A DNA stretch of 64,000 nt. Origin: Sandaracinaceae bacterium. Its GTDB lineage: Bacteria; Myxococcota_A; Polyangia; Polyangiales; Houyiibacteriaceae. Both the position numbers and the translations under genes were made by a program. The notes under the pieces are model-generated. The model did not search any database. It saw only the letters and a list, made by a program, of their open reading frames with translations, and was not told where the DNA came from. Location of the stretch: the NCBI GenBank assembly GCA_016706685.1, contig JADJJE010000001.1:577575-641574 (forward strand). The letters run 5' to 3'. Below, piece by piece: positions 7,440 through 17,400 of this stretch (position 1 is its first letter; each line of letters begins with the position of its first letter).

Positions 7440-10400
7440 TCAAGCGCCGCGTGTGCGTGACGACCTCCGGACATGCGCGAGGGCCAGCAAGAGGAGCCCC
7501 GGCCACCACGCCGCGCCGTCCGCTCGGCTCGAGGCGCTGCAGCCCCCGCCTCCGCCCGCTGGGGGAGGCTGGACACCGCTATCGCGGGTGCCTCCATCGG
7601 GCGTGGTGCCGCCCGCGTCCATCGTGCCCATGCCCGCGTCCATCGTGCCCATGCCCGCGTCCATCATGACCATGCCCGCGTCCATCGTGCCCACGCCTGT
7701 GTCGGTCGTGACCATCCCTGCGTCCGTCGTGACCATGCCCGCATCCGTGCCCATGCCCGCGTCCATCATGCCCGCGTCCATCATGCCCGCGTCCATCATG
7801 CCCACGCCCGCGTCGGGGTTGGGCGGCTCGTCCACAGACGTGACCGTGATGGTCACGGTGGCCGTGACGCTGCCGTTCAGCTCGTCGCGCACGCGGTAGA
7901 TGAACGTGTCCATCCCGAAGAAGTCCGGCGCCGGCGTGTACGTGAAGGCGCCACCCGCCGCGAGCACGAGCATCCCGTTCATGGGGGGCGTGACCACCTC
8001 GGCGGTCAGCGCGTGTCCATCCACGTCCTGCGCGGCCGGGTCGTCCATCAGCACGTTGCCGTCGAGTGCCTCGTCCTCCTCCGTGGTGTAGGCGCGGCCC
8101 GCGCTCGTGGGCGCCGTGTTGGTGTAGCGCACCACGCACGAGCTGCTGTGCGGGATTCCCTGGTCGTCCGTGACCGTGATGGTGGGCACGTAGCGCAGCG
8201 GCAGCGTCTGCGGCGTGGCGTAGACATGCGTGACCACGTCCCCCGTCGCCGTCGCGCCGTCGCCCAGCTCCCACGCGTACGACACCACGTCTCGCGCCGC
8301 GTCGAGGTGGAACGACGTGCTCGCGTCGAGCGTCACCTCCACGCCCGCCTGCGTGCGCACCGATGCGGTCGCCTGGCACTCCGCGCGTGGGCCGCGCTCC
8401 ACCACAGCCTGCGAGAGGATCGTGACCCCAATGGGGACGGCCGCGGGTCCTCTGAGGCGGAGGATCCCGCTGTCCATGTAGGCTCCCGCGAGCCAGCTGG
8501 GGAAGTGGTCCAGCAAGGCGCGGGCCATGCCCTTGGGGCCGGCGCTCGCAGGGGATCCGCTGGGCACGTCGTTGCGGAACCAGTCCCACGGCGGCACCTC
8601 GTCCGCGGCGCGGTCGTCCACGAAGCGAATGGGGGTCGGGTTTCCGGAGGCGTCTGCGGCCAACCGGTACGCCATCGCGATGCTCCGCAGGCCCTCGGCG
8701 AAGATCCCATTGGAGTCCGGAGTCCCGCTGCCGTAGTTGTCGTTCAGGCGGTGGTACTCGGCGGTCCACAGGTAGACGCCCAGGAGATCCCGAGCGGGTC
8801 CCCCGCCCGTCACCAAGGGGTCGTAGCCGACTCGGTTGTGGAGGTGCATCAGCCCACCCGCTGCCGTGGACGCGACCCCTTCGGCAAAGGTCGTCTCGGG
8901 GAACGTGCCGGAATGGGCGCCGTCGTACCAGGTGCGCGGGCCATAAGACGAAGGCGGCCGGGTCGCGTAAGAGCTCAAGGACTGCGAGTTCTCGCTTCGA
9001 ACGAAGGTGTGGGCCGCTGGCGCGATGCCCCACGCCCTGCGCGCCAGGTGCATCACGCTCGCCGCGCACCCACCCGACTCGGTGTCGAGGGTTCCCGCGT
9101 TCGCGAAGCCACTGTCGCCCCAACTCCCGCGGGGAGGAAAGTTCGTCGCGTTGTCGATCTGCGTGAGCGCGTAGTAGTCCACCATGTCCTCCACCAGCTG
9201 GCGATAGGTCAGCCCGCGTGCGCCCACGGGGCCCAGCAGCGCGACACGCTCCGGGGCGGCGCTGGCGATGAGCGCGATGCCGCCGAGGCTGTTGATGCAT
9301 GGGCGATACGAGTTGAGCGCGCGGATCGCGTTGCCGTTGCCGTTGCCGTCCGGTGCGCCCGCGTTCTTGTTCGGAGCAGGGACCACCTGCAGCGAGACCT
9401 CGAGCCAGCGCAGCAATCGACTCACGTCGTGCACGTAGGGGTCCACGGAGCCATCTCCGTCGGGCAGGTGGTTGTTCACCGCGAGCGCCTGGACGGTCAG
9501 CGGGAGCACCTCCTGCATGTTGGGGTAGTGATTGCGGGGCATGACCACCCCAGCGGGCACGCCTTCGGCCGTGTAGCGGCCCAGACTCGCGTGGAACGAC
9601 CACAGCGCACGGTCGATGGTCATCTCCATCTCGGCGTCGAGCGTGGGTTCGCGCAGCATGACGAGGAACACCGCTTGGAAGGGGACCCCGAAGCGATCCG
9701 TCACCGTCAGCACCGCCTCGAAGGTCTGTCCGGGCGTGCCCGTGTAGGTGTGGAGCGTGGCCAGCTCACGCGGGTCGGACGTGTCGAGTGGAACGGCGGG
9801 AGACCCGTCGCCCGGATCCCACTCCGCCGAGGTGATCACCGCCGGCGTGTCGCCGCGTCCGAGCGCCACGCCCTGCAGCAGGATGGGCACGCCCGCGACC
9901 GCCGTGTGCGGGCGCGTCGGGTCCCCGAGCCACGGTACCGCCAACGGCCGCGTGGGGAGCTCGCACACGTTGCCCACTCCGTTGCCATCCGTGTCCGTGT
10001 TCAGCGGATCAGCGTCGCCCGGGCAGAGGTCCTGGGCATTGGCGAGGCCGTCCGCGTCGATGTCGGGGTCCAGGCAGTCGTCCACGGTGTCCCCGTCGCG
10101 ATCCCCCGGGGCCGAGTACCAGGTGGTTCCTGCGGCGGAGCTCGCTGGCGGTCCGTTGTCCGTGAGCGCGCGCCACGGGTCGTCGCAGTCTCCTCCGGAG
10201 TCGTCATGCAAACAGTGCGACTCGACCCCGGACACCGCCCACGTCACCTCGGCTGCGATCACGCCCACGGACGCGCTCCCTCCGACCAGGCGGGCGGAGA
10301 GGTTGGTGCAGAGCGGCGCGCTGGTGATGCTCTCGAGCGCCGCGCCCGTCGTCGAGGACTCGAAGACGAAGGAGCCTGGAACCACCATGATGGTCGCGAT

Positions 10401-10589
10401 GGGCATGCCGTCCGCCAAGAGCTCCACCTGCACCGGCTCGGTGGCATACACCCACGCGGTGAGCGTGACCATGACGGGCGCGTCCAGCGTGGGGTCGGCC
10501 GCGGCGCGCGTGGGGGCCAACATCGGCAACGTGGCGAGAACGGCGATCAGGCGCAGGGCACATGCCGCGCGCGTGGGGAGGTTCGACAT
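7440..10589 (-). CDS. Large secreted multi-domain surface protein with MYXO-CTERM sorting tag (TSP3 repeats, 2 PKD-like domains, cadherin/VCBS-like Ig domain, DAGM repeats)
   Basis: The real start is ATG 10589 (MSNLPTRAACALRLIAVLATLPMLAPTRAAA, a signal peptide). The rest of the 1521-aa track ORF is antisense to the next gene. Calcium-binding TSP3-like DRDGDTVDDCLDPDIDADGLANAQDLCPGDADPLNTDTDGNGVGNVCE. PKD-like VLTVTDRFGV and PTITVTDDQGIP. VCBS/cadherin-like GAFTYTPAPDFFGMDTFIYRVRD. The C-terminus GGGGGCSASSRADGAAWWPGLLLLALAHVRRSSRTRGA is MYXO-CTERM-like. The central ~450 aa are unassigned. Confidence 0.85.
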   Translation of the reverse strand: MSNLPTRAACALRLIAVLATLPMLAPTRAAADPTLDAPVMVTLTAWVYATEPVQVELLADGMPIATIMVVPGSFVFESSTTGAALESITSAPLCTNLSARLVGGSASVGVIAAEVTWAVSGVESHCLHDDSGGDCDDPWRALTDNGPPASSAAGTTWYSAPGDRDGDTVDDCLDPDIDADGLANAQDLCPGDADPLNTDTDGNGVGNVCELPTRPLAVPWLGDPTRPHTAVAGVPILLQGVALGRGDTPAVITSAEWDPGDGSPAVPLDTSDPRELATLHTYTGTPGQTFEAVLTVTDRFGVPFQAVFLVMLREPTLDAEMEMTIDRALWSFHASLGRYTAEGVPAGVVMPRNHYPNMQEVLPLTVQALAVNNHLPDGDGSVDPYVHDVSRLLRWLEVSLQVVPAPNKNAGAPDGNGNGNAIRALNSYRPCINSLGGIALIASAAPERVALLGPVGARGLTYRQLVEDMVDYYALTQIDNATNFPPRGSWGDSGFANAGTLDTESGGCAASVMHLARRAWGIAPAAHTFVRSENSQSLSSYATRPPSSYGPRTWYDGAHSGTFPETTFAEGVASTAAGGLMHLHNRVGYDPLVTGGGPARDLLGVYLWTAEYHRLNDNYGSGTPDSNGIFAEGLRSIAMAYRLAADASGNPTPIRFVDDRAADEVPPWDWFRNDVPSGSPASAGPKGMARALLDHFPSWLAGAYMDSGILRLRGPAAVPIGVTILSQAVVERGPRAECQATASVRTQAGVEVTLDASTSFHLDAARDVVSYAWELGDGATATGDVVTHVYATPQTLPLRYVPTITVTDDQGIPHSSSCVVRYTNTAPTSAGRAYTTEEDEALDGNVLMDDPAAQDVDGHALTAEVVTPPMNGMLVLAAGGAFTYTPAPDFFGMDTFIYRVRDELNGSVTATVTITVTSVDEPPNPDAGVGMMDAGMMDAGMMDAGMGTDAGMVTTDAGMVTTDTGVGTMDAGMVMMDAGMGTMDAGMGTMDAGGTTPDGGTRDSGVQPPPAGGGGGCSASSRADGAAWWPGLLLLALAHVRRSSRTRGA
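7608..7815. repeat. In-frame tandem minisatellite (15- and 24-nt units, catgcccgcgtccat...) encoding (DAGM-x-x)n
   Basis: catgcccgcgtccatcgtgcc and catgcccgcgtccatcatgcc occur repeatedly. The protein reads DAGMMDAGMMDAGMMDAGMGTDAGMVTTDAGMVTTDTGVGTMDAGMVMMDAGMGTMDAGMGTMDAG, just before the MYXO-CTERM tag. Confidence 0.85.
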
Positions 10590-10715
10590 CGGGGTGTCCT
10601 GGGGGGGGATGCTGCGTAGCAGCGTCTCACCGCCCGCCACAACCGGACAAGCGGAAGAGTGCGGCGTCAGCGAAACCCATGACGTGTGCGATTCGAGGTC
10701 GGCTACCGTGTGCGC

Positions 10716-12299
10716 ATGGGAAACGTCTTCCGTGCCTTGGTCGGGACCTTGATCGTCGGCTTGCTGTGGGGTGCGCGCAGCGCGCATGCCGAGGAATACG
10801 TCGTCGGCAGCGGCAGCTACCCCACGCTCGCCAGCGTGCCCTGGAGCTCGCTCACGGCGGGCGACATCGTGACCATCCCGCATCGCGCCGAGCCGTACCG
10901 CGAGACGTTCGCGGTCACCACGTCGGGCACCGCGCAGTCGCCCATCCTCATCCGCGGCACGCGCGGCGCTGGCAACGCGCGGCCCGTCATCGACGGTGAG
11001 AACGCGGTGCAGGGCGCGGGCACGCACGTGCGCTCGCTGCTCAGCCTGCGCAACGGCGCGCAGCACGTCGTCGTGGAGGGGCTCGAGTTCCGCAACGCGC
11101 ACATCGACTTCGCGCACGACGGCCTCTTCCCCGGACACAACGCGTCGGGCATCTACGTGGAGGACGCATCGCACGTGGTCATCCGCGACTGCGAGCTGCA
11201 CGGCAACGGCAACGGCCTGTTCTCGGCGCCGGGCACGGTGGACCTCCGCGTGGAGCGCAACTACCTGTGGGGCAACGGCAACGTGGGGCGCGCGCTCGAG
11301 CACAACAGCTACACCGAGACGGACGGCATCGTGTTCGAGGGCAACCGCTACGGGCCCCTGTGCAGCGGCTGCTTGGGCAACAACCTGAAGGACCGCTCGG
11401 CCGGCACGGTCATTCGCTACAACTTCATCGAGGGCGGCAACCGCGCGCTCGACCTGGTGCACGCGCAGACCGACGACGAAGACTTCACCATGCGCGTGGC
11501 CAGCACGCCCACCTACGTCTACGGCAACGTGTTCATCAAGATCGACGACACCACCCAGTCGCAGGTGGTGCACTTCGGCGGCGACGACGACACCTTCCCC
11601 GAGACCTACCGCCGCACGCTGCGCTTCTACAACAACACCGTGTACTCCACCCGCGCGGTGCGCACGACGTTCTTCCACGCGGACGCGCCCGCGCCCGACC
11701 TCGACATCCGCAACAGCATCTTCGTGACGCCCAGCTCCACGCAGATCTACCTGCTGGACAGCAGCACCAGCACGGGCGCCACCGTGGCCATCGTGAACAG
11801 CTACCTGCCGCCCACCTGGGACGTGAGCGTGGAAGCCGCGCTCGACGCCGTGGTGACCACCACCAGCGTCACCACCGGCACCACGCCCGGCTTCGTGGAC
11901 GGGGCCGCGTTCGACTTCCACCTGGTGCCCAACGCCACCGTGCGCAACGGCGGCGCGGCGCTGGCGGGTGGCGTCCCGGCGCTGCTGCTCGAGTACGTGG
12001 CGCACCTGGCCACCGCTCCGCGCAACGCAGACGGCCCGCTCGACCTCGGCGCGTTCGAGGTCTGCGACGGCGACTGCGAGCCCGTGGTGGCCCCCGACGG
12101 TGGCGTCACGCCCATCGGTGACGGCGGGGTCATCCCCATGCCGGACGGCAGCACCGGCGCGGACGGCGGAACGGAGCCCGGCGACGGGGGTGGCTGCGGC
12201 TGCAGCGTTCAGAAGCGCTCATCATCGCCCTGGCTCGCGTTGGGCCTGGGTCTCGTGGGCGTGCTCGCGTGGCGCCTCAGAAGGCGTCGCCCAGCGTGA
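10716..12299 (+). CDS. Secreted right-handed parallel beta-helix protein (polysaccharide lyase/hydrolase-like) with MYXO-CTERM tag
   Basis: ATG 10716 (MGNVFRALVGTLIVGLLWGARSAHA, a signal peptide). Beta-helix repeats IYVEDASHVVIRDCELHGNGNGLF, VERNYLWGNGNVG, VIRYNFIEGGNRALDL. The C-terminus GGGCGCSVQKRSSSPWLALGLGLVGVLAWRLRRRRPA is a textbook MYXO-CTERM. It is divergent from the giant protein gene (126-bp spacer). Confidence 0.85.
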   Translation: MGNVFRALVGTLIVGLLWGARSAHAEEYVVGSGSYPTLASVPWSSLTAGDIVTIPHRAEPYRETFAVTTSGTAQSPILIRGTRGAGNARPVIDGENAVQGAGTHVRSLLSLRNGAQHVVVEGLEFRNAHIDFAHDGLFPGHNASGIYVEDASHVVIRDCELHGNGNGLFSAPGTVDLRVERNYLWGNGNVGRALEHNSYTETDGIVFEGNRYGPLCSGCLGNNLKDRSAGTVIRYNFIEGGNRALDLVHAQTDDEDFTMRVASTPTYVYGNVFIKIDDTTQSQVVHFGGDDDTFPETYRRTLRFYNNTVYSTRAVRTTFFHADAPAPDLDIRNSIFVTPSSTQIYLLDSSTSTGATVAIVNSYLPPTWDVSVEAALDAVVTTTSVTTGTTPGFVDGAAFDFHLVPNATVRNGGAALAGGVPALLLEYVAHLATAPRNADGPLDLGAFEVCDGDCEPVVAPDGGVTPIGDGGVIPMPDGSTGADGGTEPGDGGGCGCSVQKRSSSPWLALGLGLVGVLAWRLRRRRPA

Positions 12300-14430
12300 T
12301 GTGAATCGCCCCGCCCGGGCCGCCGAAGAGCCGTCCGCGATGGGAAGACCCCGCGCAGTCCACCACCACCAGCGTGTCGGGCTCGGTGCAGTACCCGAGC
12401 TCACGCTGGTCGCCCCCGCCGAGAACTTGCGCGCCCGGCACTCGGAAGCCGACGTCCACGCGGATGGGGCCCACGATGGTGTAGTAGCGAACGCCGCCGC
12501 CCACGCTCAGCTGCAGGTAGTTGAACCGGAAGCGCTCCTCGCGGCTCGCGTCCCCCATGTCGGCGAAAGTGGCCAGCCAGAGGTTCTGGCTGATGGGCAC
12601 GCGCAGCTCGAGGTTGGCCTCCCACAGGCGCGTGCCGCCCGCTTCGCCGTCGCCCAAGCGCTGCGCGAGGAAGCCACGGTTGCTCACGGGCCCGCCGCCA
12701 CGAAAGCGATGGATGTCCGGCCCCATGCGCAGCGGGTTGTCGGCGCTGATGGCGTCTCCGAAGTTCTCGCGGCCGAAGATCGCCCCTATGCGAAAGCGGC
12801 CCGCGAGCACGATGCCCGCCGGCAGCGGGGCATACGCGCGGATCTCGGGGAGGATGCGGAGGTAGCTCCAGTTGCTCGGTAGGCCGAAGCCCGCCTCTTG
12901 CAGGCGCAGGCTCAGATACAGCCCCTGCCGAGTGCGCACGGGCTGGTCGCGCAGGTCGAGCTCCAGCGTCTGCTGCCAGTACGTGACCAGCCAATCTTGC
13001 TGAGCGTCTGATGCGGACATGGGGCTTCCCGGCACCATGTACGAGGCGATGTGGATGCCCGCGGAGATGCGGATGCGCCGCTCCCAGAACGCGCGCTCGA
13101 GGTCGACGCCAGCACGAATGGCGTGCCGGAAGAACGCTGCGTAGGGATCGGGCCCCACGTCGTACAGGCCCGTGATCTTGAGCGACGTGCGCGCCTCGAT
13201 GAAGGCGGGCTGCTCGAACTCGAGCGTCAGCACGTTGCCGAGGTTCTGGTTCGCGGCGAAGCTCGAAAAGCGGGGAAACTGCTCGTTCGAGATCAGGCGC
13301 ACACGGTCCTCGAGGGAGAGGCGTCGCATGCCGCCGAACAGGTTTCGGTTCTCCCAACCCGCGAGCACGTGCAAGTCCCACTGGTTCACGAGCTGCGCGT
13401 CCCCATCGGTGGTGCTCAGCGCCTGGCCCGTCTGAACGCCGCCGCCCAGCATGAAGCGGTTGCGTTGAGCGGGCGTGACGCGGATGACGATGGGCACCAC
13501 GTTGACGCCGGCCACGACATCCGCCTCCACCTCCACGGTGGAGAAGGCACCCAGCGCGAAGACCGCCTGCTGCGCGTCGAGGATGTCGCTCGCGTCGTAC
13601 AGCGTGCCGGTGCGGAGCTTACTGGCGCGCCGGATGGGGCCCACCGGCAAGTCCACTTCGCCCTCGACGGTCACCTCCCCCACGCGGCAGACGGGGCCCG
13701 CCGTGACGCGGTAGTCCACCTCGGCGGTGAGGGCCGCCCGCAGGATGCGCACGCTGCCCTCGACCACCGCATGGCAGTGGCCGCGATCCGCCAGCACGCC
13801 GAGCAGCTGGGTCTTGCCCAGCTCGTACGCGTACTCGTCGAAGCGCTCCTCGGGATCGAGGTCGACGGCGTCCTCGAGCTCTTCGGCGAGGTCGGGGTCG
13901 ATGACCTGCCCCTCTCCGTGGAGCACACGCACCGTGGTGACACGAATGGGATCGCCCTCGTCGATCACGATGGTGATGCGCACGCGGCAGCCCTCGTCGC
14001 CGTCGTCACGCTCGCAGGCGGTGTCCTCCTCGACTAGGTCGCTGTCCCGCGCCGCGGCGGGAGTGATGCGCGTCTCGACCACGCGCGCGTTCGGATAGCC
14101 GCGCGCGCGGTACCAGCGGATGACGCGGTCGAGGTCCTGGTCGAACAGCGACTGATCGAACAGCGGCCACTCGGTCCAGGGCCACGTCCAGAGGCGCAGC
14201 TCCGCGTAGCGCGCGTCGAAGGGCGGCTCCCCACACGAGGGGCTGCCGGGCAGGCCGAGCGTGATGCCCACGCGCGTTCGCTCGTGGCTGGCAAGGCATG
14301 TCGCGAGAGCGCGCGCATCGATGTGCTCGGCGCCCTCGAAGCGCAGGCGGGTGATGCCATAGCGATCCTCGGGGATGGTCTTGCACCCACCCACCAGGAG
14401 ACAGAACGCGACGAAGGCGAGCCGCTTCAT
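12277..14430 (-). CDS. Omp85-family outer membrane protein (TamA/TamL-like) with lipoprotein-type signal peptide
   Basis: ATG 14430 (MKRLAFVAFCLLVGGCKT). POTRA-like N-terminal repeats are followed by a surface-antigen (D15) beta-barrel ending ...AIHITLGDAF. The start overlaps the stop of the tamB-like ORF (ATGA). Confidence 0.85.
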   Translation of the reverse strand: MKRLAFVAFCLLVGGCKTIPEDRYGITRLRFEGAEHIDARALATCLASHERTRVGITLGLPGSPSCGEPPFDARYAELRLWTWPWTEWPLFDQSLFDQDLDRVIRWYRARGYPNARVVETRITPAAARDSDLVEEDTACERDDGDEGCRVRITIVIDEGDPIRVTTVRVLHGEGQVIDPDLAEELEDAVDLDPEERFDEYAYELGKTQLLGVLADRGHCHAVVEGSVRILRAALTAEVDYRVTAGPVCRVGEVTVEGEVDLPVGPIRRASKLRTGTLYDASDILDAQQAVFALGAFSTVEVEADVVAGVNVVPIVIRVTPAQRNRFMLGGGVQTGQALSTTDGDAQLVNQWDLHVLAGWENRNLFGGMRRLSLEDRVRLISNEQFPRFSSFAANQNLGNVLTLEFEQPAFIEARTSLKITGLYDVGPDPYAAFFRHAIRAGVDLERAFWERRIRISAGIHIASYMVPGSPMSASDAQQDWLVTYWQQTLELDLRDQPVRTRQGLYLSLRLQEAGFGLPSNWSYLRILPEIRAYAPLPAGIVLAGRFRIGAIFGRENFGDAISADNPLRMGPDIHRFRGGGPVSNRGFLAQRLGDGEAGGTRLWEANLELRVPISQNLWLATFADMGDASREERFRFNYLQLSVGGGVRYYTIVGPIRVDVGFRVPGAQVLGGGDQRELGYCTEPDTLVVVDCAGSSHRGRLFGGPGGAIHITLGDAF

Positions 14431-17400
14431 CGCTGCCACAGCACGTCCAGGGACCAACCGCTGCGCGGGGCGAAGCGACCACGCGTGACCAGGCTGCGAG
14501 GATGACGGAGCTCGATCAGGAAGCCGCCGGAGGCCTGGGAGTTGGTCTCTTGCACCGCAGCCCGGTTCTCGTTGGTCCCGGCGCTGCTCACGAAGCCCTC
14601 GATGTAGAGGCCCAACACGATGTTCCGCAGGAACTTGGGGATGAGGCGGTTGGCCTCGAACCCCACGCGGGCGCTGACGCTGTCGAAGCCACCGCCCGTA
14701 CTCACGCCGATGCGCGGGACGGCATCTCCCAGGCCGTGTCGCGCGGCCGCCGTGAGCAGCCCCACCGTGAGGCTCGCGAGCGCGCTCTGAGCCTGTTCGG
14801 TGGCTTGCTGACCCTCCCCGCCCGACGAGAAGTCACCGACCTCACTGCACTGCGACGTGGTGATGCACTGCACCGCGAGGCCCGCGGTGATCTCGTTGCC
14901 GCTCCGGTCGAAGAACGTGAGCTGGAGCTCCATGAGGTTGCCCTTGATGCGCACGCGCACCTCGTTGTCGAGACCGGCGTTGGACACCGCCGAGAGATCG
15001 AGCACGGGCGAGATGGTGGTCCCTCCGGGGAAGCTCACAGTGCCCTCTTCGATGTCGAACGAGCTACCGAGCAGCTCGAGGTAGCCGCGCTGCGTGCGCA
15101 CCACACCGCTCAGGCGGACGCCCTCCTCGACGACACCGAGGTCGAGCGACGCCGTCAGCTGGATGGCGAAGTCCGAGCGCTGCACCCAGAACGGGCGCTC
15201 GAGATCGATGTGGAAGTACGTGGGGACGAAGGGGGACTCGTCGTCCACCTCGCTGGTCGCCACTGCCTCCTCCGGCTCGATGACCTCCGGTGGCTCCCAG
15301 CCCGCTGGGTACGAGTCCAGGTACACGATGTCGTTGTTCTGCGCGAGGTCTTGCACCGCGGTGCGCAGCTCGTCCGGCATGGTCACGACCAAGCGCTGGA
15401 ACACCAGCTCGCCGCGCAGCGCATCGCTCCGCCGCTCGAGGTCCAGCTCCGCGTGCGACGTCACCGTGGCGATGATCAAGCCCGCCTGCCGCACCGGGAA
15501 ATCCCATGCTTCGAGGGTGGCTTCGAGGCTGGTGGGCTGACGACCGCTGAAGTGCCCCTCCCCTGTGACGGATATCCGTCCTCGCACATCGCGCGCCCGC
15601 AGCTCGTGAACGACGATGCTGCTGGGGGTGAGGGACACGTGGGCTTCGAGGTCCGACAGGCGCTGTCCGAGCCCAGGCATCATGAGCGTCGCCGCGTGGA
15701 GACGGATCTCGCCGCTCGGCACCGGCTCATCGAGCGTCCCGCTGATCTCGAGGTGGCCGTCGATGGTCCCCGCGCGGCGTCGGACGAACGGCGTGATCCC
15801 CGCGATGGGTTCGAGAGACAGGTCCGTGAAGCGCGCTCGCATGGTCATGGCACCATCGGGGATGGCGGGCGCGAGGCCATCCACGCCCCAGGTGAACGGG
15901 AACTGTACCTGGACGTCGCCGCGACCACCGTCGCTCGCACGCACGACCACCTCGGACGTCGCGCCCGCGTTCGTCACCGAGGCATCCAGCGCCATCGCCA
16001 CCGCCGCATCGCGACCGAACACCAACGCCGGTGCCACGAGGTGGATCCCCAGCTCGGCCGTCGGACTCCCGAGGCGCTCGCCGGTCAGCGTCCCGTCGAC
16101 GGTGCCGCGCACGTGCTCGCACACGATGGGGAGGCTGCCGAGGTCGAGGGCCACGATGCGCCCCGCGAGGGCAGCGCTGACGGTCGGGGCCTGCTCCCCA
16201 CTCAACCAGCTCTCGATGGGGGTCGCTGCGCTGAGCTCGATACGGAGCGGCTGCTGGCCACCCGTGTTCACGATCAGCTCGGTGGCGGTGTGCTCGTTGC
16301 GAAGCGTACCCGTGAGCGCCACGTCGAGCGCGTCGCCGCCACACGCTGTGACGGCCGTCCCACTGCCGAGGACCGCCTCGGTGTCCGCAGCAGGCGGTGA
16401 CTCTGGCTCGGAGCCGGGCGTGGCGCTCCTCGCCGGGGCGAGCAGGTGCGCCTCCCACTCGCCCTCGATGGGACGCCCCGGCACGTGACGAACGGTCGCG
16501 GTGGCGTTCACGCGGCCGCCGAGCGATCGCCGGAGGCTCGCCGATCGCTGGGCAGCTGGTCGAGGGGACGCTCGGCGAGCCACGCGGTCACCTCGAACGG
16601 GGTCTCCGACAGCACGACCAAGCCCGACACGAGCGCGCTCGACGGCGCTTCCAGGGTCACGCGGGCTTTGACGAGCGCGCCCTCGTCATCGGTGGTCAGC
16701 AGGTTGGCGACCAGCGTGTCCTGCCACTGCGCTTCCAGCTGCGCCGCGAGGTTGGGAGGCGGGGTGGGCAGGCCAGGGACCACCAGCGAGAGCACGCGAA
16801 GGTTCGACGTGAGCTGCGGTGCCGCGGCCACACCGGCGATGTGGACATGGCCCGAGAGCGTCCCGGCCACTCCCAGCGGGTCTGCGCTCACGCGGTCGGC
16901 CAGCCCGAGCGCGACCTCGTCGAACCTGACCGTCACGTCGAGCGTGGCCTGTTCGAGGACGCGGCTCACGGGGAGCGGGCGACCCCACTCTGCTCCCCCC
17001 GCGATGGTCACGGTCCCCGCGTCCGCGAGCGCGATGGTGGCGTCGACTCGCGCGCTGGTGGTCCCGTAGGCGAGGGCCACCTCGGCGCTCAGGTCGCGGA
17101 GCTCCTCGTACCTCACGCTGGAGAGCGCCAGGTTGGCCTGGATGGTGGGCATGCTCGTGGTGCCCGCCAGGTGAGCGGTCCCGCCGAGCTCGGCCTCGAA
17201 GCCCGGAATGGGAATGGCGAGAGCCGCCAAGAGATCGTGCAGCGCGAAGCGCTCGAAGCGCAGGTCGGCGCTCAGCGTTCCGCTGCCGCGCAGCGCGCCC
17301 GCGAGCGTGAGGAGGCTGTCCACGTGCGAGAGGGCGACGCGGCCGATGCGGAGGTCCCCCGACTCGGTCTGGTACGCCAAGTCGTCGACCTGTAACTGCC

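Noticed and set aside
7608-7815. Possible CRISPR array because of regularly spaced repeats
   Set aside because: The units are contiguous 15- and 24-nt in-frame repeats with no spacers. They lie inside a coding sequence and encode DAGM repeats.
7473-10619. 1048-aa plus-strand ORF and other long overlapping ORFs (7579-9603, 24866-26851, 34688-36583, 42830-44842, 48641-50929, 54292-56307, 61483-62991)
   Set aside because: These are antisense or alternate-frame shadows of clearly homologous genes (giant surface protein, ftsH, secD, rpoD, nadC/birA, and others). Their translations are Arg/Gly/Ala/His/Pro-rich and motif-free, as expected in very GC-rich DNA.
7440-12005. 1521-aa minus-strand ORF, the longest in the track
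   Set aside because: Residues encoded from 12005 down to 10590 are Arg/Ala/Gly/His-rich and lie exactly antisense to the well-supported beta-helix gene (10716-12299). A signal peptide and sensible domains begin only at ATG 10589, so the real gene is 7440-10589.
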